Below, one piece after another: positions 1 through 13,299 of a stretch of 64,000 nucleotides of DNA. The position numbers were made by a program, and so were the translations under genes. Position 1 is the first letter of the stretch. Every line of letters starts with the position of its first letter. Origin of the DNA: Raillietiella orientalis (lineage: Eukaryota); assembly GCA_036172245.1 (NCBI GenBank), contig JAYWIR010000010.1, positions 1,612,001 to 1,676,000 of the forward strand, given 5' to 3'. The notes under the pieces are model-generated. The model made no database searches. It was given only the letters and a program-made list of their open reading frames with translations, and was not told the origin of the DNA.

Positions 1-132
1 GCGCTCTCCTGCGGTCCGTCCGCTCGCCCGCGAGACTCTCGGCGGTGGCGCCTGCGCATCGCCTCTCGCGGCGCCGCCAGGATCGCTCTCGGACGCTTCC
101 TGCCGTCCTGTTCCCGGAGCAGCAGGGGAGCG
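1..132 (+). promoter_or_regulatory. GC/CpG-rich 5' UTR or promoter-proximal region of the PKDCC-like gene
   Basis: Very GC- and CpG-rich, with no ATG before 133. The TSS is not determinable and may lie upstream of the window. Confidence 0.5.
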
Positions 133-474
133 ATGGGATCCCGGAAGACGCCGCCGCTGCTGTGGGGTTCCTGCTCGCTGCTCTTGCCGTCCCTCTTCGC
201 CTTCCTGTCGGCTGCGAGCCCACGGCGGTGCGGGGACCTGCGGGAGATTCGGTACGAGGAGTTCCTGGGTAGCGGCTGGACCAAGTCCGTCTTCCGGGCG
301 CGGCTTCCCGGAGGAGACGCCGTCGCCGTCAAGAAGGTCAACGTGCACGGTCACGATGTGACGCGCTGCATCGAGGAGGGCGGATCGCCCGCCGAATGCT
401 GTCGAGGTGCCTCTGCCAAGATCCTCAAGGAGATCGAGATGCTGCGCATCCTGGACCATCCGAACGTCGTCAAG
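133..474 (+). CDS. PKDCC: PKDCC/VLK-like extracellular tyrosine-protein kinase, coding exon 1 (114 codons)
   Basis: ATG in good context (gcgATGG). Hydrophobic N-terminus (LLWGSCSLLLPSLFAFLSAA). LGSGWTKSVFRARLPGGDAVAVK, GHDVTRC..C and KILKEIEMLRILDHPNVVK resemble human PKDCC as I recall it ([49 protein letters not shown]). Donor AAG|GTAGGG at 474/475, phase 0. Confidence 0.93.
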
Positions 475-3400
475 GTAGGGAGGCCGCGCTGAGCGCGTGG
501 GAAGAGGGGGGGAGGAGAGGGAGGTTCGCTGCCGCGTTCCGGCGGAGAAAAAGGAGGGATGCTGTGGTTAGGACATACTCGATGGGAAATGGGCCGCTAC
601 CTCCGCCGCCGTTTTAGAGTGTCCCGCGTGGTGCCGGACTCTTCCGGTGAGGAGAAGGAGAGCCACGCCGTTCCTCCCTGCCTCTCTTCCCGAAGCAGCG
701 AGATGAGACTTCCAGGAGCCTTGGAAACCGGGCAAGGCCTTCTCCTCCCCTTCGGCAAGGGGACGTCCGAAGGAGAGTTCAGGGATGGGGAAAAAAGCCG
801 AGGGAACCCCCCTTCCGTGGCCGCTTCTCTACTCCTTTCACAGAAGGGATGGAACCAGAGTGCCCCACAATGGTTCTCTCTCCTAACCGCTTTCCCTCCC
901 TTCTCTTCCGAGGGGGGTAAACCCTCCGGAAGCGGGAACGAAGAGTGTTCCCGCTGCTCTGGGCGGGTGAGTGGGGAGGAGAGGATCCCTGCTTCAGCTT
1001 CCCAATCTCGCTGCATTGCGGAAAGGAAGGTAAGAGGGAGGATGGAGGGGCCATCCCCGAGATGAATCGATGGCAAGGATGCTCTAGTCTTCCTCCATCC
1101 CAAGCGTCCCGATTCCTTTAAGTCCTCAACCTCGCCGCGGCTGGAGGTGATTAGACCTACGCTAGGAGGGTAGAATTGGAACCGATCAATCCAGAGGGGA
1201 CGGGGGGAGTCTGGCCCTCTCCGCGAGGCGGCAGACTGGGAGGCCGGCAGGGAAGGAGCCAAGCCCGCGGAAGCGTCTCGGAAGGTTTTCGACATGCGGA
1301 GGCGGTGGCCATCTTGGATGAATCTTCTCTCTCTCCTCCCCATTCCTCCTCTTTCCTTTCCGCGGATTCGCCCTCGAGGAATCGGGATATTCTCTGGACC
1401 AGCGTGCGCTACTTCCTCAGACTGCGGAGGTCGGAGCTCCTTTTTCCGATTTTTCCATCCTCCCACTTCCCGGCGTGCGGGAACCCTCTCCTCAGCGGCA
1501 TGGATATGTGGGATTGCAAGGGGGAAGGAAACGGGGTCTTGGTAGCGCCTTTTCCGGCTGGCGGGTCGTCGCCGGCAGGCACTCAGCCTACCTGTTTGTC
1601 GAACGACTGTCCCGGTAGGGTGGAAACGGGACGAGGACTGCTGCTCTCCCTGCGAGGGAGACCTCGAGGCAGCTTCCGGCAGTCAGGAGGAGGAGGAGGA
1701 GGGGAGAGGCAAAAGCCGGAACAAAGAAAGGAGGGAGGCGGAGCTCGGCGCGCGCCTTTACTCCCCGGGGAGGTGGGAGAAACAGGGGAGCGAGCGAGTG
1801 GCGCAACGGGAGGTCGAAGCGATCTCCAGGGATCTCCAGCGTCTGGTCCCGCAGAGGTTCCCGTGACTGCATCCCTTTCTATATCGCGTCTGCCTCGGCC
1901 CAGACGGGACGGACGGGCGTTCCTGTTCCATCGAAAGACCGATTTCCTACTAGAGCGGCGAATGCTTTGCCTTTCTTCCCAGGAAGAAACGTGCCAGACA
2001 GAGGGTTGTGAGGAGGAGACTGAGGAGGGAAAGGGGAAGAAGGCAAGGCGGAAAGAAAGCAAGGCATTTCTGGAAAACTTTGGGAGGATGGAAAAAAGCA
2101 CAGCAGACCGGTAGCCCGGAGGGTGAATTTTTCACCGAAACCTTCTTAGACTGTCCTCCAGGAGGAAGCGTCAGGGCTCACCCAGCCTGATCCAAGGAGC
2201 ATGCACATGAGGAGACCGCATGGAGAAGGCGCCCCCTCACTCTCCGCGGACCGCGAGCGGAGGAGCCGCCGCCGATCGCTCCTGCTCGATGCCACGCTTG
2301 ATCTTTGACAACTGTAAACTGGAAGCCTTGGGGCTCCGTGCCGCTCTCGTCACCAAGAAGGAGCATCCGTTTGAATCAGTCTGGAGCGGAGGGATGTTGC
2401 GCTCGAGGTTTCGCTCTCCCCCTCTTCTCATCGCGCTTTTTCTCGTAAGAGCCACAGCGCTTTGCTCTTCTTTCTCCATCCGGCCAGAACTCTGGAACGG
2501 AAGAAGGGGGCAGGAGCTGGTTGTCACTGCTGCGCCGTTTCTGCTTAGCGACCTCTGTACTATCTGTCTCCATCTGCAGCTTCCAAGTTCTCATTCGCTT
2601 GCCGTTTGCTTGCTGCCCTCAAGGCAGTTGACCAAGGCTTGCGGAGGGGGAAGTGCCCTGCTGAGGGTTGTGTCTGACAGAAGGATGTATTCGGACTCTT
2701 TTGTCCCTGTTGCTGCCTCTGCGCCTCAGATAAGGCTGGTTTCAAGTGTGCTAAGAAGGGACACACGATCCCGACCTCATGAAACCAACTATAGGCCCTC
2801 TAATCACGAAGGATCTTCGTGGGAACTTCGAGAAGCCATCGCTTGGTTCCTGCGACACGTACGTGATACTGGCCTTCCTCCCCCATCCTCTCGGCCTACC
2901 TCAGCATGCAAGCTACAGCACCCGATTGCTCCTAAATAGCAAGCGACCTCAGACAACCAAAGTTCCTAGCATCCATTTCGATGACTTTCAAAGATCGCGC
3001 CTTTTCGTTTTGGGAACGCAGCTTCCTTTCTGCTTGCTCTACTGCCTGCTCTCCTGGTCCTCTTTTGAGCCATCCAAGGAAAGAAAACAACAAAGGAAGA
3101 CGCTTTTATTTTCAAGCTGACGATTCTCACGAATGCTTCAACCGCGAAAAGAGCAAGAGGGCTTATCTTATCATCATCGCTACTGAGACTGCAGAGGCAG
3201 GCAGTCTGTGCGGAGATTACCAAGTGACGCCCACAGCTACTTACCTCTCAGTCTTATCTTGGCACTCTCTATTCGTGTTGGGTGCACTTTGTCTAGATAG
3301 CGGTTCGTGAAACCTTTGGCGGTACTCATTCACCAGGTGCGTTTCTCTCAGTGTTGCTTTCTTTGGGAGATTCTCAAACTCTCACTTCAGCGTCTATGAG

Positions 3401-6400
3401 GAGACCACGGTCCCTCTCCTTCGTTAACTGCTCGCTTTCGTGCTCTTCCTCGACTCTCCATGGAGAGCTGGAGGGCCGGTTTTTCGATGCTCTTCCTCCC
3501 CTGCCCCTTCTCGAGTGTCGAACGCCCTCCAGAATCCTCTAGACAAACCCCTCAGACAGCACTCGTAGCTTCTCCCAAAGGCGTTCACTGCTGCTCACCA
3601 CCGGGATCTCCGTTCAGGCGCTTCCCGTAGCCAGAAGGGCGGTTTTTCCTTCTCCCCCTCCTCCGATGGTCGATTCCATGCATGTCTGCTTCCGGACTCT
3701 TGAAACTTGAGGAAATTTGCTGGGTATTCTGGCTTGAGATCATAGGAGCAGCCGAGCTGCAGCAGGCTCCAGCTTTTTTTTTCCCAGAAGAAGATCTTTG
3801 TGGTCTGCATGCTTGCGGGTCTCATTCTCACTGGTCAGATGCTCCGTGAAATTTCTTTCCCGTCCCGGGACCGTGCGTTTCTCAGGGTCTTCTCGACTCG
3901 GCAGCCTTCCTACCTACCTCGGCGACCGACATCTTTGCGGAAAAGCTGTCGCTATGCATTCGACCCGTGTGCGAGCTGCAGCGGACGAGGCGCACTTTGG
4001 AGGATTTCATCGCACTTAGTACCCCCGCTGAGCGATGAAAAGCTCGGGATTGCTTCCAGCCTCAAAGGCAACGTGGCATAGAAGACTCGGAGCCACCCGA
4101 AGACCTCTTCCACTACACCCCTCAAATACTCACCCTCAAAGTTCCGGCTGCCGTGTCTGGTGAACGGGGAAGCGGGAAGGGTCTCTGCCTATTGGTCGCT
4201 CTTGAGGGATGCTTCTGGAGGCTGCTGGATGGTGCCGCTGCGTGTTGATGGCTGAGATTGATCCGGTGGACCGGCTAGAGACGGGTGCTTGAACCCCTGT
4301 TTCGTTTTGAATCCCCAGTCCTGCTTACTGTGCCCTGCTTGCGGTCCGATTCGTACGTGCCTCCTCCGACATGCATGTTGTGTTCTGCAATCCGGCCGAT
4401 CGCAACGTGGATCTTGACATCCCGGAAGGAGAGTGGGCACTCATGGAGGTGGAGTGCGTTCGTTTCGTGGATGCGGGAAGCCGTTTTTTTCCTGCCCTGC
4501 GGCTGCTGGTTCCATGTAGTCTCAGTCCACGCACAATCCTCATGTAGATCCATGGAGGTGCGAAGGCGATGTGCAGCGCGGGGCGGATGATGCGCCATCG
4601 AACGTTTCTAACTGAAGCGGGCAGTCTTCAGGAGGGCGTTGCGACAGGAGGTACGGCTGTCTTGAGGATCCGCGTGTTTGCTGGGATGCCATCGATCCCT
4701 AAAATCTCGCCTTGGAGGAGACGTAAAAAAGCTTTTCTTGTTTCTGATGGAGTTATCCACCTTCCCTCACGAGTTATCTTATGAGCTTTCGTATCTGCGA
4801 AAACTGCAGGACAGCTTCTGCAGGGATTTACACGTAGTCAGGGTGTGTAGTGGGGTTCCATTATACGGACGTCGGGTTACGGCTCCAACAAAAGGCCGAA
4901 TCTCAGAAGAGCTGCAAATTCGCTCAGGGACCCGTTGCCATAGTGAGCATCTGAACATTGTGTCGTCACTTGAGACACGCACGGTCACTGGAGTACTCTG
5001 AAAAGTGCGTAAAATCTACGAGTAGAGGCGCAGCAGCCTCATTCCGCTCCATGGTCCCTCTTAAGTTGATTTTTCCACAGAAGGGCAGGCCAAGAAGACT
5101 ATACCGACGCGAAAGCAGGGCAGAGCGGCAGGGCTACAGATGCTCGCGGTGCCTCCCGAACACGGCGGTTGGAACAGCAGCGCTCAGGGAGCGTCGAAGA
5201 GAGGGCGATCGGGATTCTGCGGGGAAAGACAAACGGAATGCGAGCGGAAAACGGGCCTTTCTATCTCTCTCTCTCTCTCTCCGACGGGGAAGGAGGAAAG
5301 GGAGGCATTTTCCCACTTTCGCTTTCGGCCGGATTCTCGGAGGCACGACGAATTTCGGAAGAGCCGGCCGGGAGAGATGAGTTCCGCATGCAGCGCGCAG
5401 TTTCTCGCGCCGAACTCAGGGAGGGACTCCCGCTCGTAAATCCTTGGCGTAAGGACAATTGGGTGGAATATCAGGAGCTTTATCCGGGAGAGAAAGGGAC
5501 GCTGGCGGGCGGCACGCTTCGGAGCTCCAGATGAGCACGCCCTCTCCCTCTCGCGGAAAAGCGCGCATCCTGTAGACACGTGCGCGCATATGCGGTTGCC
5601 ACGGGTGTGCGGGAGCGAACACTGGAGCGCTCTTTCAGCAGCAATCGCGTCTCTTCTTCCCGGCTCTGGGACACACATTCCGCCAAAGCGAAGGAACGGA
5701 TCTCCCCTCTCCCCCCCTGCCCAGAAGGAAGGGAAGATACCCGTGGGTTTCCATCCCGCTCCCCTGCCGAGAAAATCACCTCGGCCTCCAAAGTGTATGA
5801 GGCTGTCTTGAGAGGAACAAGGAGGAGAAGTGTAAAACGGGTGATGATGGAAGGGGAGCAGAGCTCTAGGCTTGCCGTCAGGAGGGTGGCGCGGGGAAAT
5901 TCTGGGTAGCATTGGGAGACTCTGCTTCTCCTGGACCACAGCATCTTCGACCCCTTTAGGACGACGGGCGGGTCCGAGCGCCTCGCTCCTTCCAGCCTCC
6001 GAGGAGTCTGGGAAAGAAGTGGGAGAACCGTGGGCGTGACGAAAAGCTCGGGATCTGTGAGTCGGGATCTCCCGCCTCCCTTCGAGAACGTCCCTCGAGT
6101 CCTGCGGCTTTGTCCTTCCGGAACGGAGCGAGGCTCGACGTCCGGGAAACCCTTCAACGGATGATGCATCTCCTCATCTGGAGCAGCCGTCCGGCTCGTC
6201 GAGCGACTCGATGAGGCTTCAGAGACGGTGGTGCCGGTCCTGCTCCACGCCGTACGACGATAAACAGTGGGGGGAAGTTCTCAGGGAAGGCGCAGCTTTC
6301 TCAGAGAATGAATCCGGGATGATTTATGAAAAATCTTCCAGGAAAACTTTTTCTGTTCCTCGATTTCACCGTCTAGAAGGGAGCTCTAATCAAAATTTCC

Positions 6401-6995
6401 CAGTGTAAGCGAAGGATGTTGCGGGAGCTCGTTTGTTTCCCGAAGAGAGGGGGAGTCCCATTTTCCCGGGATACCACGGATCAGCTACTGGAAGTTTCCG
6501 GACGATTTCCCGCTTAGCGAAGTCTCCCTGATTGTCTCGAGGATCCTGGGATACTTTTTTTTGCTGTTTGCTAACCGAGGAGCTTCGCTTTCCCGCAGGA
6601 TGGACGAGGAACGGGAAGAGGAAGGAAGAGGAGGGGGGGGGGAAAGAAGGGACGTAGAAGCCATTTTTCCTGCTCCACGTGAGGGAGCTCCTAGCCGGAG
6701 GCTCGACTGCCCAAAAACGCCTCCTCCGTGGGGACCCCTCTTGTCTCCCAAGGCTGCCCTCGCAGCGTCCCCACGCTGCGAGGGCAGCCTTTTGCGTTCC
6801 CTTCTTGTGTGCGTGAGCGTGCTCAAAATGACGTACATTTCCTTCGCGTTCCATTTCCCCTTCCCCTCCTCCTGCGTTTCCCTGAAAAATGCCGCTAACC
6901 TCCTCTTTTTCCCGCCTTCGGGAGCCCGGAAGCGCAGCTCCTTGGCTTCCTTTGGCGAGTGTAGCGCCTTATGCGGTTCCCTGCACTGAGCTGCT

Positions 6996-7056
<61 letters not shown>
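6996..7056. repeat. Compound microsatellite (TC)n + (ATCT)9
   Basis: Directly visible tandem repeat. Confidence 0.95.
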
Positions 7057-7499
7057 CCAGGCCTTAAGAGGGCACCCGAGGAGCCAGGGACGTACCCTTT
7101 GCAGACCGCAGGTGCTAATCCTTTCCTCTTCAATACTGTTTCTCGGTGTTCCGATCCGGGAAGATTAGGGATTACGGGGATCGCGACATCATGGGACGGA
7201 GTCCGGGTTGCTTCCGGGTCCTGAAGGATCACTGTATCCCTCTTAAGAAAAAAGGGGGGTTAGAAGACCAAGGAGAGGCCGTAATGCATGCTCATCACGC
7301 CACGCACTCTCGGAGGAGGCAACCGTCTGTGTGCTTCCCGGAAGACCCCGGTCTCGTTCGGCTCCTGGAAACGGAGAAAGCCGAGCCCACGGAATGGCGA
7401 CGTTCCACCAGGAAGCGCGCGTGGCACAGCCTTTTCGCGCCCTTTCATCACACCACCTCGCTGAGCGATGAACTGTGAACGCCATGAATGGACACCCTT

Positions 7500-8050
7500 C
7501 ACCCAGAAAGGTCAATACTCCGCCTGTGGTCACCGTGGACTTTCCGAGCTGCCGCCTGCCGTGTAGCTGCGCTCCCTCCTCCCATCGTTTCAGTTTTTGC
7601 TCACCCCCGGGGCGTGCATGTCTCGGGTAGGCCGCTGAGCCTCTGGGAGAAATCGATCACACGAGGCCGCAGGAGCACAGGGCAGACAGCGAATGGGGGG
7701 GTCACGAACAAAGGGGTGGCGAGGAAGAGCTCAATGGCCGGAGATGACGAGGAACGAATCGATGACGTCCTTGTTTGCGGCGTTGCCAAGGAAACATCCT
7801 CGTTCACGCGTTTGGTGGACGCTTCAGCTTGAGGAGGAGAATGAGAGAACCTGCAAACTCTCAAACGTGGAGGCCACAGAGATGCACACACGCACGCTCC
7901 TTGCACACCACCACTCAGAGCTGACGCTATACACTCGCGCGAACAGCTCGTGCACTCTGCGAAACGCATCCAATGGTGTGCTGTATTCTTTCGATTTCGA
8001 TGAGAGAGTGAATCTGCATGTCTCATCATGAAGAAAACGTAAAAAGGTCA
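7500..8050 (+). mobile_element. Penelope-like element RT fossil
   Basis: Ordered degenerate motifs: GVHVSGRPLS (G..MGSPLS), RIDDVLV (RYxDD), HPR..WTLQLEEENE (HP.I.FT.E.E), LYTR..S..L..ASN (YRKPT..L..S.H). Confidence 0.55.
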
Positions 8051-8499
8051 CCTAGACGACGAAGACGAACAACGAGCCACATTGAAGGATGAGAAAACAA
8101 GATTTTGACAAACAGACCTTGACAGCAAACCAGAAGGCCCTTCGTCACGATCACTTTTCGGACACACCTCACCAGGATGAGTCCAGGAGAGCTGAAATAA
8201 AGCAGAACTTGACGCTCCCATCAAAACTCACTCGCTGGCAATCCGCTTGAGTGAGGTCGTCAGTTCCAGAGGAGTTTTAAGGAGAGACGTCTGAAACAAG
8301 GTTCAGACTTCAGAAAGAAGCAATCACTACTGGAAGGAGGTCAAGCCATGTCATGCTCAGGATTACGCAGAAACTCGAGGCGCTTCCCCGCTGTAGGGGG
8401 GGCATCTGATTTGGGGATTGAAGATTTGTCCGCGCCTACTGTCTCAACGTCCCTCTCGGCTAGGAAGAACTGCTTGTCGTTAGCAAGAGCGAGGCTGCA

Positions 8500-9050
8500 A
8501 AAGAAGGCAGAAAGGGGGGGGGGGGGGGGGCACAAGACGTTGTCTCACGTGCTAAGTCGCTGTTTGTGGCCTTGCATCGGATGAGCAGCTGAAGGGATCT
8601 AGGATGGGGCTTGAGCTGCAGGAAGCTGATCTTTGGAGTGGACTTCCGGCTCCATCTTGATCCAGTAGCTGAAAAAGATGAAAACGCTTATCCTGGACAT
8701 GGTCGTCTACTCCTCCGAGAGCAACCCTGATACATTCGGAAGTGTTCGAAAAGGAGAGAGATCACCCCTCACCATCGACTGTGAAAGCTCAGCTGTCCGG
8801 CGGAGTTCTATCAGTCTGCTCTCTGTGAAGAGGTGACGAAAAGGCTGGAGACTTCTCACCAACAGCTCTGTATAGATGTGCAGAAAAAAAGTCCAATAGA
8901 GATCGACAAGTCCCAGGAAGAAATGGTGGGGAGCTACCGACACGGGCAAGCAAAAGCTATAGGAATGGCTCCAGTTGGCACGTTCATTCAAGTGGGAAGC
9001 TGTGGGAAAATATTGGACCGAATCACTTCTCAGCGAGAACGTGCAGTGCT
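8500..9050 (+). mobile_element. R2/NeSL-type non-LTR 3' fossil (CCHC + RLE endonuclease remnant)
   Basis: KTLSHVLSRC (ETxxHxLxxC), then after frameshifts LDPVAEKD / TLILDMVVYSSE (PD..D..E) and FIQVGSCGK. Confidence 0.4.
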
Positions 9051-10999
9051 GCCTGGCGGCCATCGATCTGCAGGGGAAAAAAAGGATGCACTCCACTTTT
9101 CTTCTGAACGGAAAGCAGCAGCATGATGGCAGCAAGAAGGAATAGAGCTGCGGCCTTTTACGGCTTTCTGCCTTCTCGACTCTGACAGCGTGCCGAACAC
9201 TGTCAGGTGCCGCAGATGCAGGGCTGGTTCCCATTTCGGCAGCTCTCTTCAGCGTGATCTGTGCCGGAGATGGCTCAGCCGCGTTCCTCTGGCTGTACAC
9301 CCCCCCCGTGACTCACCTCTCTGTTTCTGTATTCACGTTCATTCAAACATCGAGCATACGGCATTGATCCAAACACATCGTTTATCTATGAGCATTCATT
9401 CACACGTGTGTACATATGTATACATGCATTCGAAAATAACGAAGGTGCTCTCGCTGCTAATGAGGAAGGGCGGGGCGAATGGCGTTTCCGTAGAGACGAA
9501 CACTCGCAACCGCTCAAGAGGCGCGCAGCTCGCCTGGTACCGGAGACGTCAATTTTCTTAAAAATCACACCGGGAAAGCGTTGCCAGCAAGATGCTGCTT
9601 GCTTGCCAAGAAGATCAGGGAGACGTGGGAAGGTGGGTTGGTGCCAGCATTTCCAGCGATCCCTCTCGAGTGTGAGTCTCTCCAAGGTCGGTCCGGTCCT
9701 CTACCAGCACCAGCAACACACTTTCACTTTGCCTCCTCTCCTGCATCACCCAAGCCGTGACGGCGCATTTTTGTAAAATTCAGTCAGCACCCTTCTTTAG
9801 TATTCTTTACGGTACCTGAAACTCCCGACGGAGACAAGGACTCGTAGCCTGCAGGATTCGACGGCATCTTGTTTTGCGAACGAGCGGGAGGGGATGGAAA
9901 TTTCAATCAGGGATCAAAACTGGAGGGAGTAGAGGAGGAGGATTGAATTGTCGAATGAATTCCTCTCTACCTGTTCTGCTTGCAAATCACCTCGATCCCT
10001 GTTCGTGGACACAGACGACTGAGAATTTAGGTTCACTAGACTCCAAAGTCCTCTTCAGTGAAGGTGAGGAGGAGGCTGCACGTCTTCTATCCGAAAGGAT
10101 TCTTGCGGCTGTCAGCTTCCATGTAACCAAACCCTCACAACTGTGTTCAGATCCCCAGGCATAGCGTCATCATCTCCTTCATCACTAGTGTGCAGTAGGG
10201 GTCTTTGTGGTGTTTGTCGATGGACCGGTGCCCTGATCGAATCCCATTTCAGACGCTCACAATCAGCAGATCTCTTTCCTGAAAAGCATCATCGCAGTCA
10301 GGTTTTTTAGAATCTCTGAGGTTTTGTTTCTGCTTCGATCTTTCAATTCGCCGCGAATCCCTCCACGCTGCGACTGCTAATAGCCGCTCTGCCCTGACAT
10401 CTGAGCGAGAGAGCAACTCCAATCCAGCAGTGGCGCGGGATCACTACGCGGCGGTTCCAGGGTACTGCTCGTCCTCTCCTCTTGCTTCACCGCTCGCCGC
10501 CAAATCCTTTGTCACGCGACTCTACGTGATGCCGCGAGGCTCCCGGTGGCATGCCTGATTTCGCTTAAGAACGTCTCAGTGGAGAGTTGCCAGACAAGTT
10601 CAGTTCCCTTTCCAGAAGAAGGCAGAGGCAGTAGGGTTGCATGATTGAAATTCCCCACAACACTGTTGCCACGCAGAAAGCCGAAAGTCCCGTTTTGGTT
10701 TCAGCGGTTTGGAGGCTGTGCATGTTTCGCGACACAAGGAGGGAGAGCGATCCAGGATTCCGGATAAAATGCCTAGCGCGGAGACGCTTGAAGGTCGCTT
10801 GCTGTTCCTATGACGCCCCGGACCATCCAGATTTTCGAATGAATGGAAAATGAGAGAGGGAAGGGACATGTGAGACATCACGTGAGCTCTTTTCCTCGGA
10901 GACCCTTGGATGGCACTGTTTCCTGTGGTAGTGGCATCCTGCGTCGGCAGGAACAGGAGGAAGGTCCTGGGGTCTTTGACTCTAGGATCTGAACCGAGA

Positions 11000-11500
11000 G
11001 CTGCTATTGTTTCCGAAGAGCTGCAGCCGACCATGGGGAAAAGAGGATCTTCCCATACCTCTCCGCATCATCTGGGTGCATTTCGTGCCGGTAGAATAAT
11101 GGCGGCTGATTTATCTCTTTTCCCTTTTCTCTCGATCGAACAGCAAGGGGATCCTCTCGACCCCTCGGTCTCATTCGCTTGGAGGGTCAGGAAGTTGTTG
11201 CAGCTATCCCAGCGGTCCAAAGCCTCGTTGCCTCTTCTTCTATCCTGAAAGCATTTGGTGCCAGAGATGGCTATCCTATTAGAAGATCAGATCCCTGGCT
11301 GGCGCCGAAAAAGCATCAGCAACCACACAACAAACCTGTCTTCTCAGATCGCCGACCCTGAAATCAAAGTAGGATCGTTCCGAACCCAGGACGGGAAACA
11401 GCAGTGTATGAGGTGGTTCCTGTTTGCCTGAAGTATCAAGAAACGCCGGACAACCGGGATGAGGTGCTAATGGAGAGGAGAGCTCAAAGCCATATGGTCT
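11000..11500 (+). mobile_element. Penelope-like fossil (thumb and GIY-YIG remnant)
   Basis: LKAFGARDGYP (L..F..NGYP) followed by AVYEVVPVCLKYQET (GVY.IPC...YIGET). Confidence 0.35.
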
Positions 11501-13299
11501 GCACCTCTTGAGAAGACCAGTTCCAGAGCTCGTCTCAAGGATCTTGCAAAGTCGCCATCCTGACTCCCTTACTCAGATTCCTCGTTCTCACAGGGTAATT
11601 CAATGAGTGCCATCAAAATCAAGAAGTTGGCCGGCGGCAAACGAGAAGGACCTTTTCTCTTTGGTGATGACCACTTGGTCGAACTGGTGCTCCTTCGCTC
11701 TGCTTGCATTTCACCTTCATCCTGGAAAAACGAGTTCTTACGCTCGGATGCATAGCGTTCCTTTACGAAGTTCTGGATCTCTGACCCCCATTCTGAGATC
11801 CTCAGCACAGGAGAATGCAGTTTTTTCGCAGTTGCCCTTTCATCACCATGTACATGTGCAGAGAGACAGCTTGTGCTTCTAGGCAAAGGAATCTTCGGAA
11901 TTTGTTGTCTTTGAGCTTGTTTACGTGAGAGATAGGGGGAGCGGAAACATTTTAAACTAGTCAGTCAAGTAGCTCAATGGGTCCAGCAGCAGCATTTATC
12001 TGCACGATGAGGGATTTCAGCTCGAGGATGTGGGAACCATCTGGTACTTTTCCAGTGTGCTCAAAAAATGGAAGTAGGGAAAGGCGAAAGAGAAAAAGAT
12101 GCTGGAGGAAACAGAAGAAGAAATGGTGTCCTTTCTCCTTCCTCATTGTGCCTTTGAGAACCCTATGAAATGTCTTTGTATCACCTCGGAGCGCCGACTT
12201 GTTCTCTTTTTGTGCCTTCCGCCCTCATCTCTAGGTGTCGGGAAGATAGATCTGCAACAACGAAGCTGCATGAGGAATCTAGTGATTTTGAGGCTTCCTT
12301 CTGGCGATTTCGACTAGCCGGAGAGCGAGGGGACAAGCAGAAAGAACACCTTTTAGCTTCAGGGAGAAGCAAAACGGTCCATCCTCAGTTCGAGATAATG
12401 GGGCGGAGGGCAGAGGCAGGCTTATCTTTCTGAATGTTCCCCTGAAAAATCCGCCTCGTCACCACCTCGTGCTGCAGGTTTCCCGGCGCTTTGTTTCGCT
12501 AAAGGGAAGGGAAGACTACTCTCTCTGTTACTGGGACATGATGCACCTGAAACTCCGAACGCCCTTCGCGCCCTTTGCTGACTTCGGCTGTCCACTCCCT
12601 TTGAGCACCTTTGGACTTGCTGTTTCCAAAGAGCTCCCTTTCGCCCTTTCCCCTCGTTCACACACATAGTCACGTTTCAGTTCCGGGACTCCGCTTCCGG
12701 CTGCAGAAGAAACTTCTGCAGATCCTCCTGTAGCCGTGTGCGGGAGAGGCAGACAGGGACGAGGAGCCGCCTTCCAGTTACCGCAGGCTTCTCGCTGATG
12801 CAATGGACGAAACGTAGTTTCCCTGGGACGTCGGTTTGCCGCAACGGAGTGGGCGGGAAGTTGGTTGTGGGCGAGCGCGGTTTGAAATCTTTCCTCACGT
12901 CCCTTGCGATTCGAGTCGACAACATTCGGTCCAGCACTGGCGGTGAGCTAGCGGTGTCCTGAACAGCGGTGGAGCTGCCTTCAGAGGTCGGCTGCGGAGG
13001 GGCCCACTTCGGGCGGCGTCTTCTAAATGCTCAGAGCTTCATGCAAAGGAAGGACGAAAAATCCTAAAACTGCAGACGTCTTCATCCTTGACTTTCCGTC
13101 AGAAGGGAGGCTGGGACGCGCACCGCTCTGACTCCTGCCCCAGCCAGCACGGAAGAGCTAAGAGGAGCAGTTTGACGGAGCCAACTGGCGCCCCCATGGT
13201 GATGCATTGGAAATGCGCACCGAATCCTGAAGAGATACCTGGGATGCGTGTGATATGGACTGAAAGCACGGAGGGGAGCGCCGGCTTTCTCCTTTTGCT

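Noticed and set aside
45..272. ORF overlapping the kinase start (possible uORF)
   Set aside because: Starts at GTG; no upstream ATG; expected by chance in GC-rich DNA.
597..2939. Long ORFs of 289, 312 and 239 aa in intron 1
   Set aside because: Low-complexity S/R/G/P-rich translations with no recognisable domain; probably GC-rich TE-derived sequence.
8514..8530. G17 run (G-quadruplex potential); other homopolymer runs throughout
   Set aside because: Simple slippage-expanded homopolymers, possibly also sequencing artefacts.
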